Part shown: positions 29,808 through 40,958 of the stretch, piece after piece
Position numbering within the stretch: the stretch's first letter is position 1
Layout: every line of letters starts with the position of its first letter
NCBI RefSeq assembly: GCF_009914755.1
Contig: NC_060931.1
DNA from: the human T2T-CHM13v2.0 reference genome, Homo sapiens
Direction: 5' to 3' (one strand)
DNA length: 64,000 nt
Made by a program: the position numbers and the translations under genes
The notes under the pieces: model-generated
Told to the model about the DNA's origin: nothing
What the model saw: the letters and a program-made list of their open reading frames with translations, nothing else
The model's database searches: none

Positions 29808-30611
29808 CCCTTGGTGTTGCCTAGGCAAACAGCCTTCTAAAGTCACTCCTGTCTGGCTCAGGACCTCCAAAATCAAGATTAAGAATCCAAACATATTAAA
29901 GTGAGAATTGGGAGTTATTTTCACTTCAGATTTCATTTAAAAATAACAAATTACAAAACAGTAGCTAGAAAGGGAACCTGCTAATGCATATTCATGAGGA
30001 CTGCTAACCAGAAATAAAGACAAAAGCTGTCTTTTCTTGTAACATTAAAGTGAAAACAAATAAGATACGGAGAAGGCAGCACGACAGCCAGAACGATACT
30101 TCCATTTCAGGGATGAGGGAATTTGATATAACTTATGACAAGGGCTTGGTAACACACAACCCCTGGGAATTCTAATGAACACAACCCCTGCAGACTTCAA
30201 CGGAGTTCCATCTTGAACATCCAAGGGCAGTCATCTGGCTCATGGCGAATAGATCTAACTCTTGGCTACTTAGCCAAAGAAGATTGAGAAATTTGAATAA
30301 AAATTAAGAACAAGAGCTTTTAAAATGTTTCTTTTTAATAAAGTACAGTCCCATACTTCATTAACTTCAGTTTATGCTGAAGACAATTATACATCTTCCT
30401 TGAGCCAAGAACCTGGGGAAATATAAGAAATAAAAACTGGAATTTCTTCATGGTTTTATGTTGGGGGTGTGTGCTTGGTTTTTTTCTTCTGACTCTCAAA
30501 GGAGTCTGAGATGCGTAACTGAACTTCCTACTCTGAAAAATGACCATCATGATAACATACCATTAAGACTCAGGGCTTTGAAGTGGTGCATTTGGTTTAA
30601 GAACAGGTTGA

Positions 30612-30987
30612 TGAGAACATGAGGTATTTGATTTTCTGTTCCTAAGTTAGTTCACCAAGGATAATAGCCTCCAGCTCTTATAAGTGGGAGCTAAATGATA
30701 AGAACTTATGAAAACAAAGAAGGGAACAGCAGACACTGGGGTCTACTTGATCTGGGAGGGTGGGAGGAAGAAGCAGAAAAGATAACTATTGGGTACTGGG
30801 CTTAATACCTGGGTGATGAAATAATATGTACAACAAACCCCAAAGACATGTGTTTACCTATGTAACAAACCTTCACATGTGCCCCCAAATCTAAAATAAA
30901 AGTCAAAAAAACCCAATAATAAAAATTTAAAAAAGAGGAGAGAACCCTTGATCCAGCCAAAGAAAAACAAAAACAAAACCAAAAACA
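30612..30987 (+). mobile_element. 5'-truncated, 5'-inverted L1PA16/17-like 3' end with a probable short 3' transduction
   Basis: 30612-30677 is the reverse complement of the L1 segment that normally precedes cttataagtgggagctaaatg (30677 onward); TSD aa(g/a)aacaggttg at 30599-30610 and 30988-30999. Confidence 0.85.
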
Positions 30988-31274
30988 AAAAACAGGTTGG
31001 GGGTGAACTGGTAGAAAAAAAATAAAGAATTGTTGAAGGGCACAAGATGGGAGATGGGTTGGGGGAAAGAAAAGCTCCTATTTCCATATGAATTTGAAGG
31101 TTGTATTTGAACTTTTAAAAACCTGAAAGTAGCTAAAAAAAAATCCATCAGTTCTGTTAAGAGTCCTCTTCAAAGGAAAGGAGATTTGGCAGAGGAGATT
31201 TGAAGGCAGTGATAAGAGTAAAAATAAAAACCCTTTTCATGTTTTTACCTCTGGTGCTTAAACTGCCCTTGGAT

Positions 31275-31442
31275 TACAGCGCTTTTCTCACTGTAAAGTA
31301 TTAATACATATGAATCCTGAGCTTCCTGTTAAAACACATGCTCTGATTCAGCAAGTCTAGGGTAGGAACCGCAACTTTGCTTTCTAACAAGCTCTGGGTG
31401 ATGTCCACACTGCTGGTTTATTGACCAAGCTTTCAGTAACAT
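31275..31442. mobile_element. MER5-type hAT-Charlie relic
   Basis: ctgttaaaac...tctgattcagcaagtctagggt...tttctaacaagctc...gtgatg...tgctggt...gacca. Confidence 0.7.
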
Positions 31443-32029
31443 GTAAAGAAATTTGAGTTGCAGTGCCTACTATTGGTTCATCACATTAGGATTTGGAAGT
31501 TTTGTCTCCTAAGCCCAGTTTTTGTGCTTGACAGATACTAGCTTGCCCTAGTTACCTCATGGGTTATCGTGAAGCTGAAACTAAACAACATGCCAAGTGC
31601 TTTATGAAGTGTGAAGAACAAAGAATAGCAGTATGATCACCATCATGTAAAATAAGATCATAAAAGACAAATGACTTTCTGAAGGACCCAAAGTAAGAGG
31701 CAGAACTAGACTCAAAATCTGTAGCATCTGATCCTAAGCAAGTGCTTTGTACTCTAAAGTGTTGCAACTTAAGGCGTTATGAGGAATAGATCACATTTAT
31801 TTCCATCTTACATTTGTCTCCCTGTCTTAATGCATATATTACATTGAAAATGTACACATTAGGATGATTCAAACCCTTGTATTTCCTTAGAGGGGTAGAG
31901 ATCACTGCTGCTGTACTGTCCTCTGATGCACTCTAGGAGGCGATCATAACACCCAATATACCTACAGTCTAATAACACCACTGTTAACCAGGTAAGTGTA
32001 ACGGAGACGGGTGTAAACACCCAATCACA

Positions 32030-32470
32030 TGAGAGAATTTCAGAGATGTGACACAAAAATGTGGGCTAGAATAATCAAGGAAGGCTTTGTGGAAGAAAAG
32101 CATGCATTTTGAGGTGTGCTCAAATGAGAAAGGTTTAGGTAGCTTAGAAGAAAGGCAAGGCTGACGCTGAGCAAAATCACAGTGGGATCTCCAATGAATT
32201 AGTCGTCCTGCACACAGTGTCAAGGACTATATTTAATACCCAGAAATAATCCTACATGTTAGAACACAGAGGCCAACTCAACTGATTCAGTAGATTAGTT
32301 CAATAATTAGAAAGGAGGGAGTCCTGGAATACCAGGGTAAGGACTGTATACTTTATCCTTCATGGGATGGAGGGCCATTTGAAGAATTTTTAGCTTGGCA
32401 GAAACAGGAATGAAATTGCGTATTTGAATGGAATGTATTGGAGAGAATATAGAAGGCATGAGAATAAGTA
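32030..32470 (-). mobile_element. L2 fragment
   Basis: aatcaaggaaggctttgtggaaga...ggtaaggactgtatactttatcct...gatggagggccatttgaagaatttttag. Confidence 0.55.
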
Positions 32471-33479
32471 AGTATATCTTTACAATTTATGTTTACAGCA
32501 GTGGATCCATTTAATCAAGTGAGATCTTAAAACACCTATCTGTCTGTCTATGGAGAGAGAGGGAGGGAGGGAGGGAGAGAGGGAAAGAGAGAGAATATGA
32601 ATATCAATGCGAGTATGTAAGCAGAGCTGTTTTAGGTCAGGGTGTGATGGGGCCCCTAGGCTGAGCTGTCAGGAGTGGAACCCTCAGTTCCGCTTGGTTT
32701 CTTTTGAAAGAAGGTCACTGTAATGTGATAAGTATATAAGGATGCAGGAACTAGAAATGAAAGGAAAACTATACAGACATGTTTTATGAAGGAAGGATAG
32801 ATCATCTGATGGCTCCAATAGCTCCAGAGCCAGGCATTTTGGCTTCTAGTCCAGTGCTCTTCATCTATATCATTCTAACTCTGCCAATTACTATTTGACA
32901 AAACATGCCAAGGAGAAAATGCAAAGTCCAATACACTTATTAGTAATTTAGAAACTTCTTAGGCACTTCCTTTTATCTTCCAACACTGAGGTCTTAAAAG
33001 AGCATTTAGTCTAAAAATCTAGTCCCATATCCATTCTTTAATCTTATCTCTAAGCAATTAATTGATTGGAAATAAATTATTCTTCAAAGTTGCAGACTTC
33101 CTGTTGTTGTTCCAAAGCCTTTCATAGTGATCTAATACTTGTATTTTAACAATGTCATCACAAGATCTGAGTCACAAAAGAGATTACATTGGGCACAAAT
33201 AAGTGGCCCAGGATAGGAGGTGTTAATTTATTTTCACATAGAATATAGAGATGGCCTACAGTAAGATTGAAAACTATGATAATAATAACCAGCATATTTA
33301 TAAACATATATAAAGACACCTATTCAATGAAAGAAGACCTGTTGTTATATGTTCAGAAAAGCATACAAGGTGTGTATGCACACAAAGATACTATGAGAAA
33401 GTTATAGAGAAAATGAATGTGGATATAGTAATTATTTTCTTTCATTTGCAAAACAAAACATACGTGTTTGAATTTCTAG

Positions 33480-33915
33480 GAGGTATCATTTCTGAAATCA
33501 CAGACTTCAGAGTTCTTAAATACTCTAGGAAGCATCTCAGTAACTCAGGACAGAATGTTCTCTTCTTTTTTTGAAGATTTTCAGAAGTTTATATTTTACA
33601 AGCCTCTTCCAGTGTTTTATTGTCAAAAGCAGAGGAGTTCCCTTGATATAAATCTAACTATCTTCCTTCTTTAATGTATGTCCATTTCCTCTTGTTCTAT
33701 CCTCTGAACATGGGCAAAAAATTTCCAATATCCTCCTCACAAAAGGCTTCCACTTATTTGATGACAGAAGGTAAGTTATGCCTCAATTTTCTTATCCTGA
33801 ACAATTCCAGTTCCTTTAACTTTTACTCAGAGAAGTTGCTCCTCATTTCTTTAATCACTATAGTTTCCCTTTGGAATCCTGTCCAATTTCTCCACATACC
33901 TTATTAATAGGGACT
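33480..33915 (-). mobile_element. L3/CR1 fragment
   Basis: ccatttcctcttgttctatcctct...aacaattccagttcctttaacttttactca...ctgtccaatttctccacat, typical antisense CR1 RT region. Confidence 0.6.
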
Positions 33916-34423
33916 AAAAGTATGGAATTATTTAAAATTGCAAGTGATGCATCTTTTATTAACCTCCATATTCTACCAAAGGAAATGTTGTAATAAAAAT
34001 GGCAATAAAGTGCTCTCTGTATTGTCCAATTGGTCAGAACTGGTGCACTATTTATGGATTACTTATAGGTAATTACTGGTAATTATAATAATAGCTATGA
34101 TGCAATGAACGTTTCCTATGTTCCAGGCACTGAATACTTTGCTGTCAAATCCTGGCAACAACTCAAAAAGGTAGGTATTTTTATCCTAGTTTTTTTAAAA
34201 TTTATTTATTTATTTACTTTTTATTATTATACTTTAAGTTCTAGGGTACATGTGCACAACGTGCAGGTTTGTTACATATGTATACATGTGCCATGTTGAT
34301 GTGCTGCACCCATTAACTCGTCATTTACATTAGGTATATCTCCTAATGCTATCCCTCCCCCTCCCCCCACCCCACAACAGGGTGTGTGATGTTCCCCTTC
34401 CTGTGTCCAAGTGTTCTCATTGT

Positions 34424-37400
34424 TCCATTCCCACCTATGAGTGAGAACATGCAGTGTTTGGTTTTCTGTCCTTGTGATAGTTTGCTGAGAATGATGGTTT
34501 CCAGCTTCATCCATGTCCCTGCAAAGGACATAAACTCATCCTTTTTTATGGCTGCATAGTATTCCATGGTGTATATGTGCCACATTTTCTTAATCCAGTC
34601 GATCATTGATGGACATTTGAGTTGGTTCCAAGTCTTTGCTATTGTGAATAGTGCTGCAATAAACATATGTGTGCATGTGTCTTTATAGCAGCATGATTTA
34701 TAATCTTTTGGGTATATACCCAGTAATGCGATGGCTGGGTCAAATGGCATTTCTAGTTCTAGATCCCTGAGGAATTGCCACACTGACTTCCACAATGGTT
34801 GAACTAGTTTACAGTCCCATCAACAGTGTAAAAGTGTTCCTATTTCTCCACATCCTCTCCAGCACCTGTTGTTTCCTGACTTTTTAATGATCTCCATTCT
34901 AACTGGTGTGAGATGGTATCTCATTGTGGTTTTGATTTGCATTTCCCTGATGGCCAGTGATGATGAGCATTTTTTCAAGTGTCTGTTGGCTGCAAAAATG
35001 TCTTCTTTTGAGAAATGTCTGTTCGTATCCTTTGCCCACTTTTTGATGAGGTTGTTTGATTTTTTCTTGTAAATTTGTTTAAGTTCTTTGTAGATTCTGG
35101 ATATTAGCCCTTTGTCAGATGGGTAGATTGCAAAAATTTTCTCCCATTCTGTAGGTTGCCTGTTCACTCTGATGGTAGTTTCTTTTGCTGTGCAGAAGCT
35201 CTTTAGTTTGATTAGATCCCATTTGTCAATTTTGGCTTTTGTCGCCATTGCTTTTGGTGTTTTAGACTTGAAGTGCTTGCCCATGCCTATGTCCTGAATG
35301 GTATTGCCTAGGTTTTCTTCTAGGGTTTTTATGGTTTTAGGTCTAACATGTAAGTCTTTAATCCATCTTGAATTAATTTTTGTATAAGGTGTAAGGAAGG
35401 GATTCAGTTTCAGCTTTCCACATACGGCTAGCCAGTTTTCCCAGCACCATTTATTAAATAGGGAATCCTTTCCCCATTTCTTGTTTTTGTCAGGTTTGTC
35501 AAAGATCAGATGGTTGTAGATATGCGGCATTAATTCTGAGGGCTCTGTTCTGTTCCATTGTCTATATCTCTGTTTTGGTACCAGTACCATGCTGTTTTGG
35601 TTACTGTAGCCTTGTAGTATAGTTTGAAGTCAGGTAGCATGATGCCTCCAGCTTTGTTCTTTTGACTTAGGTTTTTCTTGGCAATGTGGGCTCTTTTTTG
35701 GTTCCATATGAACTTTAAAGTAGTTTTTTCCAATTCTGTGAAGAAAGTCATTGGTAGCTTGATGGGGATGGCATTGAATCTATAAATTACCTTGGGCAGT
35801 ATGGCCATTTTCACGATATTGATTCTTCCTATCCATGAGCATGAAATGTTCTTCCATTTGTTTGTGTCCTCTCTTATTTCGTTGAGCAGTCGTTTGTAGT
35901 TCTCCTTGAAGAGGTCCTTCACATCCCTTGTAAGTTGGATTCCTAGGTATTTTATTCTCTTTGAAGCAATTGTGAATGGGAGCTCACTCATGATTTGGCT
36001 CTCTGTTTGTTATTGGTGTATAGGAATGCTTGTGATTTTTGCATATTGATTTTGTATCCTGAGAGTTTGCTGAAGTTGCTAATCAGCTTAAGGAGATTTG
36101 GGGCTCAGATGATGGGGTTTTCTAAGTATACAATCATGTCATCTGCAAACAGGGACAATTTGACTTCCTCTTTTCCTAACTGAATACCCTTTATTTCTTT
36201 CTCCTGCCTGATTGCCCTGGGCAGAACTTCCAACACTATGTTGAATAGGAGTGGTGAGAGAGGGTATCCCTGTCTTGTGCCAGTTTTCAAAGGGAATGCT
36301 TCCAGTTTTTGTCCATTCAGTATGATATTGGCTATGGGTTTGTCATAAATAGCTCTTATTAATTTGAGATATGTCCCAACAATATCTAATTTATTGAGAG
36401 TTTTTGGCATGAAGGGCTGTTGAATTTTGTCAAAGGCCTTTTCTGCATCTATTGAGATAGTCATGTGGTTTTTGTCTTTGGTTCTGTTTATATGCTGGAT
36501 TACGTTTATTGATTTGTGTATGTTGAATGAGCCTTGCATCTCAGAGATGAAGCCCACTTGATCATGGTGGATAAGCTTTTTGATGTGCTGCTGGATTCGG
36601 TTTGCCAGTATTTTATTGAGGATTTTTTCATCGACATTCATCGGGGATATTGGTCCAAAATTCTCTTTTTTGTTATGTCTCTGCCAGGCTTTGGTATCAG
36701 GATGATGCTGGCCTCATAAAATGACTTAGGGAGGATTCCCTTTTTCTATTGATTGGAATAGTTTCAGAAGGAATGGTACCAGCTCCTCCTTGTACCTCTG
36801 GTAGAATTCGGCTATGAATCCATCTGGTCCTGGACTTTTTTTGGTTGGTAGGCTATTAATTATTGCCTCAATTTCAGAGTCTGTTATTGGTCTATTCAGG
36901 GATTCAACTTCTTCCTGGTTTAGTCTTGGGAGGGTACATGTGTCGGGGAATTTATCCATTTCTTCTAGATTTTCTAGTTTATTTGCGTAGAGGTGTTTTA
37001 CCATTTTCTGATTTACCATCAGAAAATACTGGTGGTAGTTTGTATTTCTGTGGAATCGGTGGTGATACCCCTTTATCATTTTTTATTGCATCTATTTGAT
37101 TCTTCTCTCTTTTCTTCTTTATTAGTCTTGCTAGCAGTCTATCAATTTTGTTGATTTTTTTAAAAAACCAGCTCCTGGATGCATTGATTTTTTGAACAGT
37201 TTTTCGTGTCTCTATCTCCTTCAGTTCTGCTCTGATCTTAGTTATTTCTTGTCTTCTGCTAGCTTTTGAATGTGCTTGCTCTTGCTTCTCTAGATCTTTT
37301 AATTGTGATGTTAGGGTGTCAATTTTAGATCTTTCCTGCTTTCCCTTGTGGGCATTTAGTGCTATAAATTTCCCTCTACACACTGCTTTAAATGTGTCCC

Positions 37401-38263
37401 AGAGATTCTGGTATGTTGTGTCTTTGTTCTCATTGGTTTCAAAGAACATCTTTATTTCTGTCTTCATTTCATTATGTACCCAGTAGTCATTCAGGAGCAG
37501 GTTGTTCAGTTTCCATGTAGTTGAGCAGTTTTGAATGAGTTTCTTAATCCTGAGTTCTAGTTTGATTGCACTGTGGTCTGAGAGACAGTTTGTTATAGTT
37601 TCTGTTCTTTTACATTTGCTAAGGAGTGCTTTACTTCCAACTATATGGTCAGTTTTGGAATAGGTGTGGTGTGGTGCTGAGAAGAATGTATATTCTGTTG
37701 ATTTGGGGTGGAAAGTTCTATAGATGTCTATTAGGTCTGCTTGGTGCAGAGCTGAGTTCAATTCCTGGATATCCCTATTAACTTTCTGTCTTGTTGATCT
37801 GTCTAATGTTGACAGTGGGGTGTTAAAGTCTCCCATTATTATTGTGTGGGAGTCCAAGTCTCTTTGTAGGTCACTAAGGACTTGCTTTATGAATCTGGGT
37901 GCTCCTGTATTGGGTGCATATATATTTAGGATAGTTAGCTCTTCTTGTTGAATTGATCCCTTTACCATTATGTAATGGCCTTCTTGGTCTCTTTTGATCT
38001 GTGTTGGTTTAAAGTCTGTTTTATCAGAGACCAGGATTGCAACCCCTGCTTTTTTTTTGTTTTCCATTTGCTTGGTAGATCTTCCTCCATCCCTTTATTT
38101 TGAGCCTATGTGTGTCTCTGCATGTGAGATGGGTTTCCTGAATACAGCACACTGATGGGTCTTGACTCTTTATCCAATTTGCCAGTCTGTGTCTTTTAAT
38201 TGGAGCATTTAGCCCATTTACATTTAAGGTTAATATTGTTATGTGTGAATTTGATCCTGTCAT
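34424..38263 (-). pseudogene. L1 ORF2 (APE endonuclease / reverse transcriptase), multiply frameshifted
   Basis: Fragments MTGSNSHITILTLNVNGLN..., ...[12 protein letters not shown]..., ...KSPGPDGF..., ...[13 protein letters not shown]..., ...HCMFSLIGGN in different frames. Confidence 0.97.
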
Positions 38264-38326
38264 TATGATGTTAGCTGGTTATTTTGCTCATTAGTTGATG
38301 CAGTTTCTTCCTAGCCTTGATGGTCT

Positions 38327-39337
38327 TTACAATTTGGCATGTTTTTGCAGTGGCTGGTGCCGGTTATTCCTTTCCATGTTTAGTGCTTCCTTCAGGAGCT
38401 CCTGTAAGGCAGGCCTGGTGGTGACAAAATCTCTCAGCATTTGCTTGTCAGTAAAGGATTTTATTTCTCCTTCACTTATGAAGCCTAGTTTGGCTGGATA
38501 TGAAATTCCGGGTTGAAAATTCTTTTCTTTAAGAATGTTGAATATTGGCCCCACTCTCTTCTGGCTTGCAGAGTTTCTGCCGAGAGATCCGCTGTTAGTC
38601 TGATGGGCTTCCCTTTGTTGGTAACCCAACCTTTCTCTCTGGCTGCCCTTAACCTTTTTTCCTTCATTTCAACTTTGGTGAATCTGACAATTATGTGTCT
38701 TGGAGTTGCTCTTCTCAAGGAGTATCTTTGTGGTGTTCTCTGTATTTCCTGAATTTGAATGTTGGCCTGCCTTGCTATGTTGGGGAAGTTCTCCTGGATA
38801 ATATCCTGCAGAGTGTTTTCCAACTTGGTTCCATTCTCCTCGTCACTTTCAGGTATACCAATCAGACGTAGATTTGGTCTATTCACATAGTCCCATATTT
38901 CTTGGAGGCTTTGTTCATTTCTTTTTACTTTTTTCTCTAAACTTCTCTTCTCACTTCATTTCATTCATTTGATCTTCAATCACTGATACCCTTTCTTACA
39001 GTTGATCAAATTGGCTACTAATGCTTGTTCATGCGTCACGTAGTTCTCGTGCCATGGTTTTCAGCTCCGTCAGGTCATTTAAGGATTTCTCTACACTGGT
39101 TATTCTAGTTAGCCATTCGTCTAATCTTTTTTCAAGGTTTTTGGCTTCTTTGCGATGGGTTTGAACATCCTCCTTTAGCTCAGAGAAGTTTGATCGTCTG
39201 AAGCCCTCTTCTCTCAACTCGTCAAAGTCATTCTCCGTCCAGCTTTGTTCCGTTGCTGGCAAGGAGCTGTGTTCCTTTGGAGAAGATGTGCTCTGATTTG
39301 TAGAATTTTCAGCTTTTCTGCTCTGGTTTCTCCCCAT
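38327..39337 (-). pseudogene. L1 ORF1 (RNA-binding protein), disrupted
   Basis: MGRNQSRKAENS..., RPNLRLIGIPESDEENGTKLENTLQDIIQENFPN..., ...RPALQELLKEALNMERNNRHQPLQKHAKL split over three ORFs. Confidence 0.96.
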
Positions 39338-39339
39338 CT

Positions 39340-40380
39340 TTGTGGTTTTATCTACCTTTGGTCTTTGATGATGGTGACGTACAGATGGGGTTTTGGTGTG
39401 GATGTCGTTTCTGTTTGTTAGTTTTCCTTCTAACAGTCAGGACCCTCGGCTGCAGGTCTGTTGGGGTTTGCTGGAGGTCTACTTCAGACCCTGTTTGCCT
39501 GGGTATCAGCAGAGGCTGCAGAACAGTGAATATTGCAGAACAGCAAATGTTGCTGCCTGATCATTCCTCTAGAAGCTTCGTCTCAGAGGGGTACCCAGCC
39601 GTGTGGGGTGTCAGTCTGCCCCTACTGGGGGGTGCCTCCCAGTTAGGCTACTCGGAGGTCAGGGACCCACTTGAGGAGGCAGAGTGTCCATTCTCAGATC
39701 TCAAACTCTGTGCTGGGAGAACCACTACTCTCTTCAAAGCTGTCAGACAGGGACATTTAAGTCTGCAGAAGTTTCTGCTGCCTTTTGTTCAGCTATGCCC
39801 TGCCCCCAGAGGTGGAATCTACAGAGGCAGGCAGGCCTCCTTGAGCTGAGGTGGACTCTACCCAGTTCGAGCTTCCCGGCAGCTTTGTTTATCTACTCAA
39901 GCCTCAGTAATGGTGGGCGCCCCTCCCCCAGCCTCGCTGCCACCTTGCAGATCGATCTCAGACTGCTGTGCTAGCAACAAGCAAGGCTCTGTGGGCGTGG
40001 GACCCTCCGAGCCAGGTGCCAGATATAATCTCTGTTTATATATAATATAAACTGTGTGCCGTTTGCTAAGACCTTTGGAAAAGCGTAGTATTAGGATGGG
40101 AGTGACCCGATTTTCCAGGTGCCATCTGTCACAGATTCCCTTGGCTAGGAAAGGGAATTCCCTGACCCCTTGCGCTTCCCAGGTGAGGTGATGCCTCACC
40201 TTGCTTCGGCTCTCACTCAGTGGGCTGCACCCACTGTCCTGCACCCCTGTCCGACAAGCCCCAGTGAGATGAACCCAGTACCTAAGTTGGAAATGCAGAA
40301 ATCAACCGTCTTCTGTGTCGCTCAAGCTGGGAGCTGTAGACTGGAGCTGTTCCTATTCAGCCATCTTGGAACCCTCCCCC
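39340..40380 (-). promoter_or_regulatory. L1 5' UTR (sense and antisense promoter region)
   Basis: YY1 core CAAGATGGC intact (40368-40360); most CpGs decayed. Confidence 0.85.
39910..40050 (+). pseudogene. L1 ORF0 homolog truncated to 46 aa
   Basis: MVGAPPPASLPPCRSISDCCASNKQGSVGVGPSEPGARYNLCLYII*; resembles primate ORF0 (MAGAPPPASLPPCSLISDCCASN...) up to an inserted hairpin that supplies the TAA. Confidence 0.8.
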
Positions 40381-40529
40381 GTTTAATTTTTTATAGTAAG
40401 TGCCTGGGCTAGATTGTCACAGATCTTGATTGTGATTCCAGAGCCAGTACCTTATCACAGTACTATGAAGATAGGTAATCCCATCCTCATACACACACGT
40501 GCTACATCACATGGCCCACGTATGGTGAT

Positions 40530-40958
40530 TGCTGCAGTTCAGGTTTCTCTGGAACCAGGCTCTGAGATGAAGATCTGCAGGCAGGATTTTTACTGGTGAG
40601 GGCTCCTGAGCACAACCCCAAGGGGAGTGCACAAAACAGGACAAGGGAGTCAGAGAAGTTGGGCCGTGGTGCTGTCACAACAAAAGCCTCAGCCAACCTT
40701 TCAGGTCCTACACATTGTCCTGAACTGAGTCAAGAGCCTTTGTGTTCCCAAGTCGACCACTCATTGAATGCACATGGGCCTGGGGCAAACAGTATAATCT
40801 TGGGTGAGGCAGCTCTGATTAGCTGAAGGCAGAGGACAATCCCCAAAAGGAAGGACCTAAGTGAGCCATCAGCTGTCAACACTCCAAGAAGCTGGAGAAA
40901 GAGTGCTTCAGTCAGGAAAGGGCAGGGGATCTGAGTGGCACATCACAGCTCTACCACA
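40530..40958 (-). mobile_element. Old ERVL solo LTR (LTR16-like)
   Basis: ctctgagatgaagat...caacaaaagcctcagccaacc...gaccactcattg...cttgggtgaggcagctct...gccatcagctgtcaacactcc...ctaccaca. Confidence 0.7.

Larger units (their letters stand above)
34201..40380 (-). mobile_element. Full-length, inactivated LINE-1 (L1PA5-like; L1PA4-6 range), inserted in a MIR
   Basis: 5' end GGGGGAGGGTTCCAAGATGGC; 5' UTR, ORF1, ORF2, 3' UTR and (AAAT)n tail all present; MIR halves at about 34090-34190 and 40385-40470. Confidence 0.97.

Noticed and set aside
30154-30190. 12-bp direct repeat acacaacccctg with a short spacer (CRISPR-like look)
   Set aside because: Only two copies, eukaryotic context, no cas genes; a small local duplication.
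31891-31990. + strand exon-like unit (ttccttag| ... CAG|gtaagt)
   Set aside because: Single isolated pair of signals next to L2/MIR debris, with no recognisable coding content; expected by chance.
34349-34426. Loss of the ORF2 stop codon (TGA to GGA) extending the C-terminus
   Set aside because: Upstream ORF2 is already broken, so this is neutral decay.
36979-38067. 362-aa ORF as a functional endonuclease gene
   Set aside because: It is an L1 ORF2 fragment cut off from its N-terminal EN residues by a frameshift near the T run at 38050, and it ends in frameshifted sequence.
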